DNA from: a virus
Taxonomy: Duplodnaviria; Caudoviricetes
Reading direction: 5' to 3' (one strand)
DNA: 64,000 nucleotides
IMG/VR virus record: IMGVR_UViG_3300006151_000007
Coordinates: 13,242 to 77,241 of that record
Part shown: piece after piece, positions 10,777 to 19,186 of the stretch
Numbering within the stretch: position 1 is the stretch's first letter
Layout: each line of letters starts with the position of its first letter
The notes under the pieces: generated by a model
Database searches by the model: none
The model's input: only the letters and a program-made list of their open reading frames with translations
What the model was told of the DNA's origin: nothing
Program-made: the position numbers and the translations under genes

Positions 10777-10904
10777 GCGTATATGAGCTGGCCCAAAAGT
10801 ACTACCCCAGGCTGTGGGACAAGTCCCGCCTGGGGGCGTTGGTAGAGGCCGGGAGGCTGACGGCGGAGGAAATGGAGGAAATCATCTATCCAAAGGAGAT
10901 ATGA
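10773..10904 (+). CDS. XkdX-like small protein (43 aa, GTG start)
   Basis: MSVYELAQKYYPRLWDKSRLGALVEAGRLTAEEMEEI; typical size, motif and position. Confidence 0.65.
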   Translation: MSVYELAQKYYPRLWDKSRLGALVEAGRLTAEEMEEIIYPKEI

Positions 10905-10907
10905 TCT

Positions 10908-11231
10908 ATGTCTGAGAACTGCAACCCGAACGACTGCCCCGTGTCTGCCCGTGTGGACGCATTGGAGAAGGAGTTCGACCGCTATCGTGGCAACTCCTCC
11001 GAGACCCATCGCCTGATGTTCGACCGCATCGGGGCGTTGGAGCGGAGCGGGGCCGCGCTGGGGGAGAAACTGGACAGCATCGACGAGAAACTGGACGGCC
11101 TGGCGGAGACCGCCAAGGCCCTGACGGAGAAGCCCGCGAAACGGTGGGACGGGTTGGTGGATAAGCTGATCTATGCCGCCGCGCTGGCGGTCGTGGCTTG
11201 GATCGCCGCCGGTATGCCTGGGCTGGGCTGA
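10908..11231 (+). CDS. Lysis-cassette coiled-coil protein with C-terminal TM helix (XhlA-like)
   Basis: Coiled coil then LIYAAALAVVAWIAAG; precedes holin. Confidence 0.55.
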   Translation: MSENCNPNDCPVSARVDALEKEFDRYRGNSSETHRLMFDRIGALERSGAALGEKLDSIDEKLDGLAETAKALTEKPAKRWDGLVDKLIYAAALAVVAWIAAGMPGLG

Positions 11232-11245
11232 GAAAGGAGATACCT

Positions 11246-11449
11246 ATGATGAGTGAAAAGACGAAGAAGTGGCTGAGGGCGGCGGCTGTCCGGGCGGTCA
11301 AGACCATGGCGCAGACGGCGGTGGCCACCATCGGGGCGTCGGCGGTGCTCACCGCCGTGGACTGGCCCATGGTGGCGTCGGCGTCGGTGCTGGCTGGGGT
11401 GCTGTCCCTGCTCACCTCCCTGGCGGGCCTGCCGGAGGTGGAGGCATGA
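11246..11449 (+). CDS. Holin (phage r1t-like)
   Basis: RAVKTMAQTAVATIG...LAGVLSLLTSLAGLPEV; two TM segments. Confidence 0.85.
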   Translation: MMSEKTKKWLRAAAVRAVKTMAQTAVATIGASAVLTAVDWPMVASASVLAGVLSLLTSLAGLPEVEA

Positions 11450-12228
11450 ACCTGCTGGAATGTCTGCTCACCGCCAACCGGTGCTACAAGACCGGGGCGA
11501 AGATCAGGCCCAAAGGCGTGATGGTGCACTCCACCGGGGCCAACAACCCGATGCTCCGGCGGTATGTCCAGCCGGTGGCCACCACGCCGGAGAAGGATGA
11601 GCTGCTGTGGCAGCTCGGGGTGAACCGCAACGGGAACCACTGGAACCGCCCGGGCCTGGACGTGTGCGTCCACGCGTTCATCGGGAAGCTGGACGACGGC
11701 AGCGTAGCGGCGGTGCAGACGCTGCCGTGGGACCATCGAGGCTGGCACGCAGGGACCGGCACCAGCGGCAGGAGCGCCAACGACACCCACATCTCCTTCG
11801 AGATCTGCGAGGACGATCTGACCGACCCGGCCTATTTTGGTCAGGCGTACCAGACCGCCGTGGAGCTGACGGCTATGCTGTGCGCCCGCTACGGGCTGGA
11901 CCCCATGGCGGACGGAGTGGTGATCTGCCACCAGGATGGCTACCGCCGGGGAGTGGCCTCCAACCACGGGGACGTGTACAACTGGTTCCCCAAACACGGA
12001 AAAACGATGGACGACTTCCGGGCCGAGGTGGTCTGGGCGATGAAAGGAGATAGAGCGGACATGGTGTACTTCAAGACACTGGACGATGTGCCCGAATATT
12101 ACCGCGCAGCGGTTGACAAAGCAGTGGACAGGGGAGCGCTCAACGGCACCGGCGGCGGAGAGCTGAACGTTTCCGAGGACCTGTGCAGGACCCTCACTGT
12201 GCTGGACCGGCTGGGGAAGCTGGATTGA
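11446..12228 (+). CDS. Endolysin, N-acetylmuramoyl-L-alanine amidase (Amidase_2-like)
   Basis: GVMVHSTG, HAFIG, GWHAG, ISFEICED, CHQDG motifs; overlaps holin stop. Confidence 0.9.
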   Translation: MNLLECLLTANRCYKTGAKIRPKGVMVHSTGANNPMLRRYVQPVATTPEKDELLWQLGVNRNGNHWNRPGLDVCVHAFIGKLDDGSVAAVQTLPWDHRGWHAGTGTSGRSANDTHISFEICEDDLTDPAYFGQAYQTAVELTAMLCARYGLDPMADGVVICHQDGYRRGVASNHGDVYNWFPKHGKTMDDFRAEVVWAMKGDRADMVYFKTLDDVPEYYRAAVDKAVDRGALNGTGGGELNVSEDLCRTLTVLDRLGKLD

Positions 12229-12275
12229 CGCACGGGCCACGATGTGGTAATATTTGAAAGAAAGGAGCGCAGGAT

Positions 12276-12611
12276 ATGGATAACAAGAAAGAGAATCTTC
12301 CCATCAAGTTGGAATACAGCGACGTGCAGACCGTCCCGCTGGCGCTGCATGAGATGCACATGGCAAGGCTGAACCGGCTGCTTCGGTGGCTGTGCGTGGC
12401 CTGGGCGCTGTCTATGGCTTTCGTGGTCTCGGCCTTCATATGGCTCTGGAACCAGTACGACTACGAAAGCAGCACGGAGCTGTCGGGGGTCTATAACCTG
12501 GTCGATTCCCAAGGCAACGTGATCAGCTCCGACCTTTCCCCAGACGATGTCATCCGTATCCTGGAAGAGCTGAACGATGGCAAGGATCAGGCGGTCCAAG
12601 ACCAGAACTAA
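12276..12611 (+). CDS. Single-TM hypothetical protein
   Basis: One hydrophobic segment; RBS aaaggag. Confidence 0.65.
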   Translation: MDNKKENLPIKLEYSDVQTVPLALHEMHMARLNRLLRWLCVAWALSMAFVVSAFIWLWNQYDYESSTELSGVYNLVDSQGNVISSDLSPDDVIRILEELNDGKDQAVQDQN

Positions 12612-12616
12612 GAAAA

Positions 12617-12865
12617 ATGGGAAAAGCAAGGGTACGCGCGTGCATAAGTGACACCGGCCTCACCCGTTCAGAATGGGAGGCGGCGATCCAGGAGGCGGCC
12701 CTTGGGATAGAGGACACCCGCATCGCGGAGCTGTATCTTTTGGATGCGGTCCCGCAGGTCGATATCGGCGAAGAGCTTGGCTTGAGCCGCAGCGCCATAT
12801 CCAAGCGGCTGTTGAAGATCGTCGATAGGATAGAGCGCACGGCCAGAAAACTGCATATGATCTGA
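12617..12865 (+). CDS. HTH protein (sigma-70 region 4-like)
   Basis: PQVDIGEELGLSRSAISKRL. Confidence 0.7.
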   Translation: MGKARVRACISDTGLTRSEWEAAIQEAALGIEDTRIAELYLLDAVPQVDIGEELGLSRSAISKRLLKIVDRIERTARKLHMI

Positions 12866-12871
12866 CTGGCG

Positions 12872-12905
12872 GAACGCCCCCTCCGAATGATCGGAGGGGG
12901 CGTTC
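12872..12905. terminator. Hairpin terminator after late operon A
   Basis: Perfect 15-bp stem gaacgccccctccga/tcggagggggcgttc. Confidence 0.75.
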
Positions 12906-13072
12906 TATTGCGTATCTACTTGCTGGAGGAGTACATGAAAAGCCGTCTGGAAAACAAATTTATCCGCGCTATTCTTGATGTAAACTGATAACCGGCCCCA
13001 GAGGGAGGAACAGCTTACCCTTTCCCTGTTCCTCCTGCCTGCGGGCTTTGTCCTGTATTTTGGAAGGGGGCG

Positions 13073-13255
13073 ATGTCTTTGCCGAAAGAGCAACCCGATA
13101 AAGCGACGTATGAAATTGAACTTCCACAAGCCATTATAGAAACCTTTGCCCGCTTTCTTGTCCCGGAGATACGGATATACTATGACAGCGAACAGGGTCA
13201 GCGGGAGTTTGCGGAGTGGCAGGAAACACAAGGGGAGGGAATCAGCGAGAATTAA
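13073..13255 (+). CDS. 60-aa protein of the type found next to serine recombinases in Clostridia mobile elements
   Basis: IETFARFLVPEIRIYYDSEQGQREFAEW pattern; family recalled, not searched. Confidence 0.5.
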   Translation: MSLPKEQPDKATYEIELPQAIIETFARFLVPEIRIYYDSEQGQREFAEWQETQGEGISEN

Positions 13256-13263
13256 AGCGATAT

Positions 13264-13307
13264 GCAAAAGCAGGGAACAAGTCACAAATCTTGGCCCCTG
13301 CTTTTGC
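13264..13307. terminator. Bidirectional terminator
   Basis: gcaaaagcaggg...ccctgcttttgc between convergent genes. Confidence 0.65.
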
Positions 13308-13308
13308 C

Positions 13309-13827
13309 TTAGTGCAACTTGAAACCCAATTCGCGTATCATGTGGTAAAGATTTGCAACTTCGACTTCAAATACTTTTGCTATATCAGGTATTTTTGCAT
13401 TTTTACTTGGATACCTACTATTAAGTCCCTTGTTAGGAACTTCAAATGTAACTAAAGTATAGTTATGTGCGGATGCTGTTGCAATGAGCCATGGGTCAGC
13501 AACGCTTCCTTTTGACCACTCTGTCAATGCAGATGGCGTATAACATGGATTTCTTTGAATATATTGCAGGATAGCACTATACTTTTCCAAAATATTTGGT
13601 TGCCTATGATCTACATAAAGACCGATTTCAAGGGCATTCATCCACTCTTTCAGGCTATCGTTTCCCTGGAGGATTTCACTCCTTACTATATCCAAAATAG
13701 CTATTTTCCCATTCTTAATGGCCTGTTCCATCTGATTCCAAAATCCTGGAGCAAAATCAAATGGATAGTAAGTAAGATGTGGAGTTATCAATGAGTTTGA
13801 GTCAATCAAGAAAATGGCTTCACTCAT
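13309..13827 (-). CDS. DUF4411 family PIN-like protein (putative toxin)
   Basis: FLIDSNSLI...YYPFDFAPGFW...ADPWLIA...KIPDIA. Confidence 0.8.
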   Translation of the reverse strand: MSEAIFLIDSNSLITPHLTYYPFDFAPGFWNQMEQAIKNGKIAILDIVRSEILQGNDSLKEWMNALEIGLYVDHRQPNILEKYSAILQYIQRNPCYTPSALTEWSKGSVADPWLIATASAHNYTLVTFEVPNKGLNSRYPSKNAKIPDIAKVFEVEVANLYHMIRELGFKLH

Positions 13828-14999
13828 TTTGTTCCACCTCCTACACTACCAGCCAGATTAGCAAATGTAGAACGATTTGTATTTGTAAGCCGGTAAGCAT
13901 CAGTATAGAGGGTTTTTCCTTCCTGTACGCTACCTACGAGCATGGAAAAAAAACGTTTGTCAATTCTACTTGCAGCAGTGCGATAAAAATCTCCACCACT
14001 TTCACCCTGTTCTTTCTTCCTTTTTCGGCTATCATTATAGAGCTTTACTGCCTGCTTTGCTATTTTTTGATAAAGCTGATAATCAATAAACCCGCTGTCA
14101 TACGCTTTCCTTGCGATCACAGTAATGCCACACTTAAATTCACGCACAAGTATTTCAATTGCCTGTTCAACATTATTTTCTTTGATCGTTAAATTCCAAC
14201 TGTTTATAAATGTGGTTTGTGGCACCAATATTTCGGCTGCTACAGCATTACAAAGCGTTTCAGTTTTGTTAACCTTTTTCCCTGTGCTGTATCGATCATT
14301 AAATAAGCTATTCTCTCCTATACATATGTGAGAGAACTCATGCAACAAAGAGAAAAGCCTGCCATTTATAGAATCATTAGAATTAATAAAAATCAAGGGT
14401 GCATAAGCATCAATAACAGAAAAGGCCCTAAATTCTTCTACATCAAGTGGGCGATGAGTATTATTACCCACGATTCCACTCATCATCACAATAACCCCTG
14501 CGTTGCTGATCGCAGTTCTTATTAGACTAAAAGATTCTTCGACAGTGCAAGTGTCCTTATACCATTCATAGCTAATGTCTAACAAACTACGAACCTTTTG
14601 TGCAAACGTTTCAAAAGAAGATGTGCTTTTTAGCCCTCCAACAAAAGTCAAAGGACTATTTGCTTCAGAAATTAAATACTCATGCATCCACGTCTGCACT
14701 TGATCCATATCATGCAATGTATCAATTAAATTCCGACTTGGATTTTTTAATTCTATGCTATCGATTGTGCGGTACTCGACAATGGACAGCTCTTCTACTG
14801 GTGGAGTTTGCAAGAAAAAATACCCTAATGGTATACCTGTTGCTTTGCTCACTTTTTCAACTTGATTAAAGGTAGGTTTTTTTTCGCCGTTTACCCACAA
14901 ATTCAAATATTCTCTTATTTGATTTGGAAGTGCGTCAATTTTGATATGTGCAATAACCCAATCCAGTATCTCCATAGAAACATTGACAGGTACTTGCAT
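13824..14999 (-). CDS. XRE-HTH + ImmA/IrrE (M78) metallopeptidase
   Basis: W..GEKKPTFNQVEKVSKATGIPLGYFF; RLFSLLHEFSH (HExxH); 4-nt overlap with DUF4411 gene. Confidence 0.85.
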   Translation of the reverse strand: MQVPVNVSMEILDWVIAHIKIDALPNQIREYLNLWVNGEKKPTFNQVEKVSKATGIPLGYFFLQTPPVEELSIVEYRTIDSIELKNPSRNLIDTLHDMDQVQTWMHEYLISEANSPLTFVGGLKSTSSFETFAQKVRSLLDISYEWYKDTCTVEESFSLIRTAISNAGVIVMMSGIVGNNTHRPLDVEEFRAFSVIDAYAPLIFINSNDSINGRLFSLLHEFSHICIGENSLFNDRYSTGKKVNKTETLCNAVAAEILVPQTTFINSWNLTIKENNVEQAIEILVREFKCGITVIARKAYDSGFIDYQLYQKIAKQAVKLYNDSRKRKKEQGESGGDFYRTAASRIDKRFFSMLVGSVQEGKTLYTDAYRLTNTNRSTFANLAGSVGGGTK

Positions 15000-15070
15000 T
15001 ATATTCTCACCTCCAAATTATTACTTTTCGGCACCATCTCTATGATAACAATATTTTACTTTAATAATAG

Positions 15071-15104
15071 GCGGAGGTCAAGGCTTTTATACCTTGACCT
15101 CCGC
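15071..15104. terminator. Hairpin upstream of the ImmA operon promoter
   Basis: 13-bp perfect stem gcggaggtcaagg/ccttgacctccgc. Confidence 0.55.
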
Positions 15105-15337
15105 TGTTCATTTTGACATCAGAGCCACACCAAGACGACAAAGCCGCCCTTAAAATAATAGGTGTTCCTCCAATGTCCGCTTGCTGAAGACTGTCTTCTG
15201 TTCAGACGGACGATGCTGGGCATATTCGATTTTCATGGTAAACCTTCAGGAGCATAAATCTGGGTGCGCCTATATTGCTATAAACTGTGATATTTGTCAA
15301 CTAAAAAGGTAGAAATAAAAAAATATGCGCCAACGAG

Positions 15338-15369
15338 CAGCAAGGCGGGCCTAAGACTGCCCCGCCTTG
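15338..15369. terminator. GC-rich hairpin
   Basis: agcaaggcgggc/gcccgccttgct 12-bp stem. Confidence 0.45.
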
Positions 15370-15496
15370 CTCTGCACTAGACCAGGGGGGGCATAAGGTC
15401 ACATGGGATTTTGGTCAGTCTGGCTCCCCAGGGGCATTATGGGAAAGAAAAATGATGAAGGGGGCTAAATAGCCAGAAAAAGTTTTTGAAAACCTC

Positions 15497-15525
15497 TTGA
15501 CAGTGGGTTAAACCCATGCTATAAT
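15497..15525 (+). promoter_or_regulatory. Consensus sigma-A promoter with near-palindromic spacer
   Basis: TTGACA-17 nt-TATAAT with TG extension; spacer contains TGGGTTAAACCCA. Confidence 0.85.
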
Positions 15526-15556
15526 GGATACAACCTAAAGGAAAGGGGGGCGCAAA

Positions 15557-15709
15557 ATGGGGACCGAAGCTGAGAGGCAGGATACCAGAAAAGCGATGGC
15601 GTTTGATTTGTTTTCCATTATCGACAAAGACCCGGCGAAGGAGACCTACACAAAAGAAGAGATCAAAAAACTGATTTTTGTGTATGTTACCACAGCAGAC
15701 CAGAAGTAA
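15557..15709 (+). CDS. 50-aa hypothetical protein
   Basis: MGTEAERQDTRKAMAFDLFSIIDKDPAKETYTKEEIKKLI...; RBS and promoter directly upstream. Confidence 0.7.
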   Translation: MGTEAERQDTRKAMAFDLFSIIDKDPAKETYTKEEIKKLIFVYVTTADQK

Positions 15710-15753
15710 CAGGAACGGGGCCGGGGGACCGGCCCCGCCCAAGAGGTGAGGAC

Positions 15754-15927
15754 ATGGCAGAAACGCAAGCGCGAAAGGAATGGACGAAGGAAAACACTAC
15801 CTTCGTCGGCTTGAAACTGAACAACCGCACCGATAAAGATATTTTGGAGGCTTTGGAAGGGAGATCCAAGCAGACTGAAATAAAGCGGTTGATCCGTCAG
15901 GGCATGGAGCATGACCTATCAAAATGA
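15754..15927 (+). CDS. 57-aa ribbon-helix-helix-like regulator
   Basis: TTFVGLKLNNRTDKDILEALE...EIKRLIRQG; RBS gaggtga. Confidence 0.65.
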   Translation: MAETQARKEWTKENTTFVGLKLNNRTDKDILEALEGRSKQTEIKRLIRQGMEHDLSK

Positions 15928-15958
15928 AGCAAACATCCTTTTCTGAACAAGTACAGCG

Positions 15959-15992
15959 AAAACTCCTCCGCTGGAATCAGCGGAGGAGTTTT
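15959..15992. terminator. Bidirectional intrinsic terminator
   Basis: aaaactcctccgctg-gaat-cagcggaggagtttt. Confidence 0.85.
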
Positions 15993-17218
15993 TAGTCGGT
16001 CGAAACAGTTCCTAGAAGCTCTTCAAGCTTGTCGCGGTCCCAGAGGAGGACACCTGTGGCTTCGGCTAACTGCTTCGCGCCAGCAGTAAAATATTGATTG
16101 GTCATGACTACGCCCACTTGACAATGGTATAGTGCCTTCCCAGCGTGTACTTCCTGTATAGGTCCATTCCCCAGATTGGAGGAATAGCATTTACATTGGA
16201 TAGCATATCGAATACCATCCTTGACAGCTATAACATCAACTCCCTGGTCTCCACTGCCTTTTGTGACTTCAACATCGGTAAAGCCGTTCTTTTTTAGGAG
16301 TTCAGCACACCAATACTCAAATGCATGGCCATCCATACCGTCTGTTTCCTCTATTTTCCCAACAACAGCTTCGCACTGTTCGAGAATAGATAAACAAGCC
16401 ATTGCATCAATCAAGTTGCTATCGCTCATTTCAGATAAATGCCTTTCCATTTCTTCTGAAAATAATCGACTAAATCCAGCCCCATTTTCCCTTATTAGAT
16501 CTTTATAAAATGAAGTTGCCCGAATTAAGGCAGAATGGATTTGGAGTTCTTTGTTTTTCTCTAGTTCTTTCAAAATATTTGAAGGTTTATCTGTTAATCT
16601 GTTGCTTTTTGCAATAAATAGCTCGTATTTTGCCATAGTTGAAAGAATTGGTATTAACTTGTTTCTTTTTTCGAAATACGTATCAATGCGCACTGATTTA
16701 TTCATTTCGTCATTATAAGAAACGACATCCCATTTTTTCTGTTCCATATATCGATTTATAACTGCATAAAATCCATAAAAAATTGTAAAAGACCAAAAGG
16801 ATACAAAAACAAAGCAGAAAGAAATTTTGTTATAGTTTTCTGGAACCATTTTCAACATAAAAAATCCGATAATCAAAAGAACAACAAATCGGACCGCTCT
16901 TTCTGCCGTTGTGCTTGTTCGGCTATTTCCATCTTTTGTAAATTCTTTTTTAATTGCACGGCATATTGTATTGTCTACTTGTAAAGTGCTTCTTTTTCCG
17001 TCTTTGAAAAAAACAACTATAAAATTACCCTTATTGTAGAACTTTTTGATTTCAAAATTTTTTACATTGACCCAATCGTCTCCTACCTTAACTTCGCATC
17101 TATAAGCAGTTTCGGGAGATATCTTTACTGTTTTGAAAAATGGCAAGGTTATAACCACACTGGAAAAAGAAGTCAGAAGCCCTTGCCCTTTATAATCTCC
17201 GCTTATTACTTTGTTCAT
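15992..17218 (-). CDS. Membrane-anchored Mrr-like (type IV) restriction endonuclease
   Basis: Two TM helices; C-terminal MDGHAFE...GDQGVDVIA...AIQCK...IQEV Mrr_cat motifs; AT-rich. Confidence 0.8.
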   Translation of the reverse strand: MNKVISGDYKGQGLLTSFSSVVITLPFFKTVKISPETAYRCEVKVGDDWVNVKNFEIKKFYNKGNFIVVFFKDGKRSTLQVDNTICRAIKKEFTKDGNSRTSTTAERAVRFVVLLIIGFFMLKMVPENYNKISFCFVFVSFWSFTIFYGFYAVINRYMEQKKWDVVSYNDEMNKSVRIDTYFEKRNKLIPILSTMAKYELFIAKSNRLTDKPSNILKELEKNKELQIHSALIRATSFYKDLIRENGAGFSRLFSEEMERHLSEMSDSNLIDAMACLSILEQCEAVVGKIEETDGMDGHAFEYWCAELLKKNGFTDVEVTKGSGDQGVDVIAVKDGIRYAIQCKCYSSNLGNGPIQEVHAGKALYHCQVGVVMTNQYFTAGAKQLAEATGVLLWDRDKLEELLGTVSTD

Positions 17219-17345
17219 AAAATCCCCTCCACTTACAAAATACCACATTGTTTACAAAATATCAATATTTTCTTGAATTTTGTTATAAGCTGTGTTATTA
17301 TACAAAATATGGGCAAATGCCCTGGTTTTTTGGAGGGATGAGACA

Positions 17346-17897
17346 ATGAAGAAAGCAATGTGTTTGATTTTGTCGATTGCGATTTTTTTGCTTTTGTGTT
17401 CATGTGAGTATGGAGACGATGCAAACAGGGAAAATTCTCAGCAACCTTTACCCAGCGAAACAAGTGATACGGAAGAGACTGTAAACAGTGTTGGGCTAGA
17501 TGGAACTATTTCAGGCGACTGCTTCGATATCTCTATTGTAGATGTAAAATGGACGGATGCGCTGGAAACATCTCTTTATACTGTTACTCCTGAAAAGGAT
17601 GGGAATAAGTTGCTATGTCTGATTTTTTCTGCTAAAAATACAACAGATGAAACATACAACTTAGGATCTTTTAATGCCTACGTCGATAAACAAGCAACGC
17701 TCCCCACATCGGTGATTGGTGGGATCGATGATGCAATGATATTTGTTGGAGCGGTCGCAAGCGGAATGGAAATGAGAGCATATTCAGTTTGGGAACTCCC
17801 CGGAGATTGGGAGGAATTTCAGCTAAATTACTTTGAATCAACTGGGCCAGAGTGCCAACAGTATTTTATACTTCATCAGGATGATATCGCTTCATAA
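17346..17897 (+). CDS. Lipoprotein (DUF4352-like Ig fold; possible superinfection exclusion)
   Basis: Signal MKKAMCLILSIAIFLLLCSC with lipobox; acidic beta-rich body. Confidence 0.7.
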   Translation: MKKAMCLILSIAIFLLLCSCEYGDDANRENSQQPLPSETSDTEETVNSVGLDGTISGDCFDISIVDVKWTDALETSLYTVTPEKDGNKLLCLIFSAKNTTDETYNLGSFNAYVDKQATLPTSVIGGIDDAMIFVGAVASGMEMRAYSVWELPGDWEEFQLNYFESTGPECQQYFILHQDDIAS

Positions 17898-17911
17898 TGC
17901 TGTGATGCAAA

Positions 17912-17948
17912 GGCCCTCGCTACAAAAAGTAGCGGGGGCCTAAATTTT
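17912..17948 (+). terminator. Intrinsic terminator
   Basis: ggccctcgctac/gtagcgggggcc followed by T tract. Confidence 0.75.
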
Positions 17949-17961
17949 TTCTGAAACCTAC

Positions 17962-17999
17962 TTGACTCCTTGCTAGCAAGTGTGATATATTGCTAGCAA
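17962..17999 (+). promoter_or_regulatory. Promoter with two TTGCTAGCAA palindromic operators
   Basis: TTGACT...TGnTATATT; perfect 10-bp palindromes at 17970 and 17990. Confidence 0.75.
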
Positions 18000-18011
18000 G
18001 GAGGTGGACGA

Positions 18012-18185
18012 ATGTCGCCGAGCAACAGCCCCGAGTATTATCGAAAGCGGCGTGAAACTATTGGGCAATTTAGTGTTTCTGTGGCAAGGGAAAAGTTAAA
18101 CGCGCTGACGGAAAGGTTGAACCAACAGAATAAAACAAAGACACAATGGCTCAACGAAAAAATTGATGAAGAACTCGGGAAATAA
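18012..18185 (+). CDS. 57-aa Arc/RHH-like repressor
   Basis: GQFSVSVAREKLNALTERL...TKTQWLNEKIDEEL; RBS ggaggtgg. Confidence 0.7.
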   Translation: MSPSNSPEYYRKRRETIGQFSVSVAREKLNALTERLNQQNKTKTQWLNEKIDEELGK

Positions 18186-18254
18186 AAGGAGCGCCCACCC
18201 TCCCAGCAAGAAGATGTGGACGCTCAGAAACACCAGGAGGTCTCCCCACTGGAT
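18181..18254 (-). ncRNA. Putative antisense small RNA (sar-like)
   Basis: Minus-strand TTGCGC-17-TATACT (18288-18260); hairpin 18189-18225 plus U tract; ends approximate. Confidence 0.45.
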
Positions 18255-18312
18255 ACCTCAGTATACCATGAAGGGAGCCTCCGCGCAAGAACAAAAGGAG
18301 GTTCTTAGAAAA

Positions 18313-18516
18313 ATGACCGAGATCGAGAAGATGAAGAAGTACATCGAGCGGACGAAGTTCCACAGCGCCGGGTTTTACATGAACCTGGACGAAGCGTTCG
18401 AACTCGCAAGGCAAGCGTTTGGCTGCGGAGACCTTCCTATTGAAGCCATCTCTCTGGCCTTCAACTATGGTCGGGCCAAAGGCTACCGCGCAGCGAAAGC
18501 GGAGGTGCGGGCATGA
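18313..18516 (+). CDS. 67-aa phage protein
   Basis: MTEIEKMKKYIERTK...LAFNYGRAKGYRAAKAE; RBS aaggagg. Confidence 0.7.
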   Translation: MTEIEKMKKYIERTKFHSAGFYMNLDEAFELARQAFGCGDLPIEAISLAFNYGRAKGYRAAKAEVRA

Positions 18517-19064
18517 ACGAGCTGAGAGTCCAGGACTTCCACGGGAATCAGGTCATCGATAGCCGGGACGTGGCGGAGATGGTGGAGCGGGACCATCGGG
18601 AGTTGCTGAAAAGCATTCGTACTTATGCAAAATATTTGACTGAGGGCGAAATCCCCCTCAGTGAGTTCTTCATCGAATCCGAGTATAAGGACAAAACTGG
18701 ACGAATCCTCCCTTGTTATCTCATCACAAAAAAGGGCTGCGACATGATCGCCAACAAGACCACGGGCAAGAAGGGCGTGCTGTTCACCGCCGCCTACGTG
18801 TCGGCCTTCGAGGAGATGCGCCAGGCGCTGACCACCGCACCGGCCCGTGTGAGCTTGCCGGAGGGTGTGTCGCTGAGCGGCTTGGCCAAGCTCATCTCCA
18901 TCACGCGCCGGGTCATGCTGGACGCAGGGAGCACGCCGCAGGACGTATGCGGCATGGTCCGGGAGACGTTCGGGGCCGCAGGGCTCCCGGTCCCGTCCAC
19001 GTTCCCCAAGCAGATCCCTGGACAGATGAGCCTGTTCGAGCATGGAGAGGGGGCGTCGGCATGA
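18513..19064 (+). CDS. Rha family regulator
   Basis: IDSRDVAEMVERDHRELL...CYLITKKGCDMIANK.TGKKGVLFTAAYV. Confidence 0.9.
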   Translation: MNELRVQDFHGNQVIDSRDVAEMVERDHRELLKSIRTYAKYLTEGEIPLSEFFIESEYKDKTGRILPCYLITKKGCDMIANKTTGKKGVLFTAAYVSAFEEMRQALTTAPARVSLPEGVSLSGLAKLISITRRVMLDAGSTPQDVCGMVRETFGAAGLPVPSTFPKQIPGQMSLFEHGEGASA

Positions 19065-19186
19065 ACGAGAGGACTATGACGATTGCTCAGATTGCAGACC
19101 TATGCCAACAGGCGGACGCGCGGGAATTGGACCTGATATGGCGCATCCTCCACGCCATGCTCGATAGGAAGGGGGTCCAGGCATGA
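19061..19186 (+). CDS. 41-aa protein, paralog of 25931..26032
   Basis: RELDLIWRILHAML; ATGA overlaps at both ends. Confidence 0.6.
   Translation: MNERTMTIAQIADLCQQADARELDLIWRILHAMLDRKGVQA

Noticed and set aside
15150-15236. Minus-strand 28-codon MKIEYAQHRPSEQ... as a resolvase relic
   Set aside because: Similarity to MKIGYARVST is too weak to support
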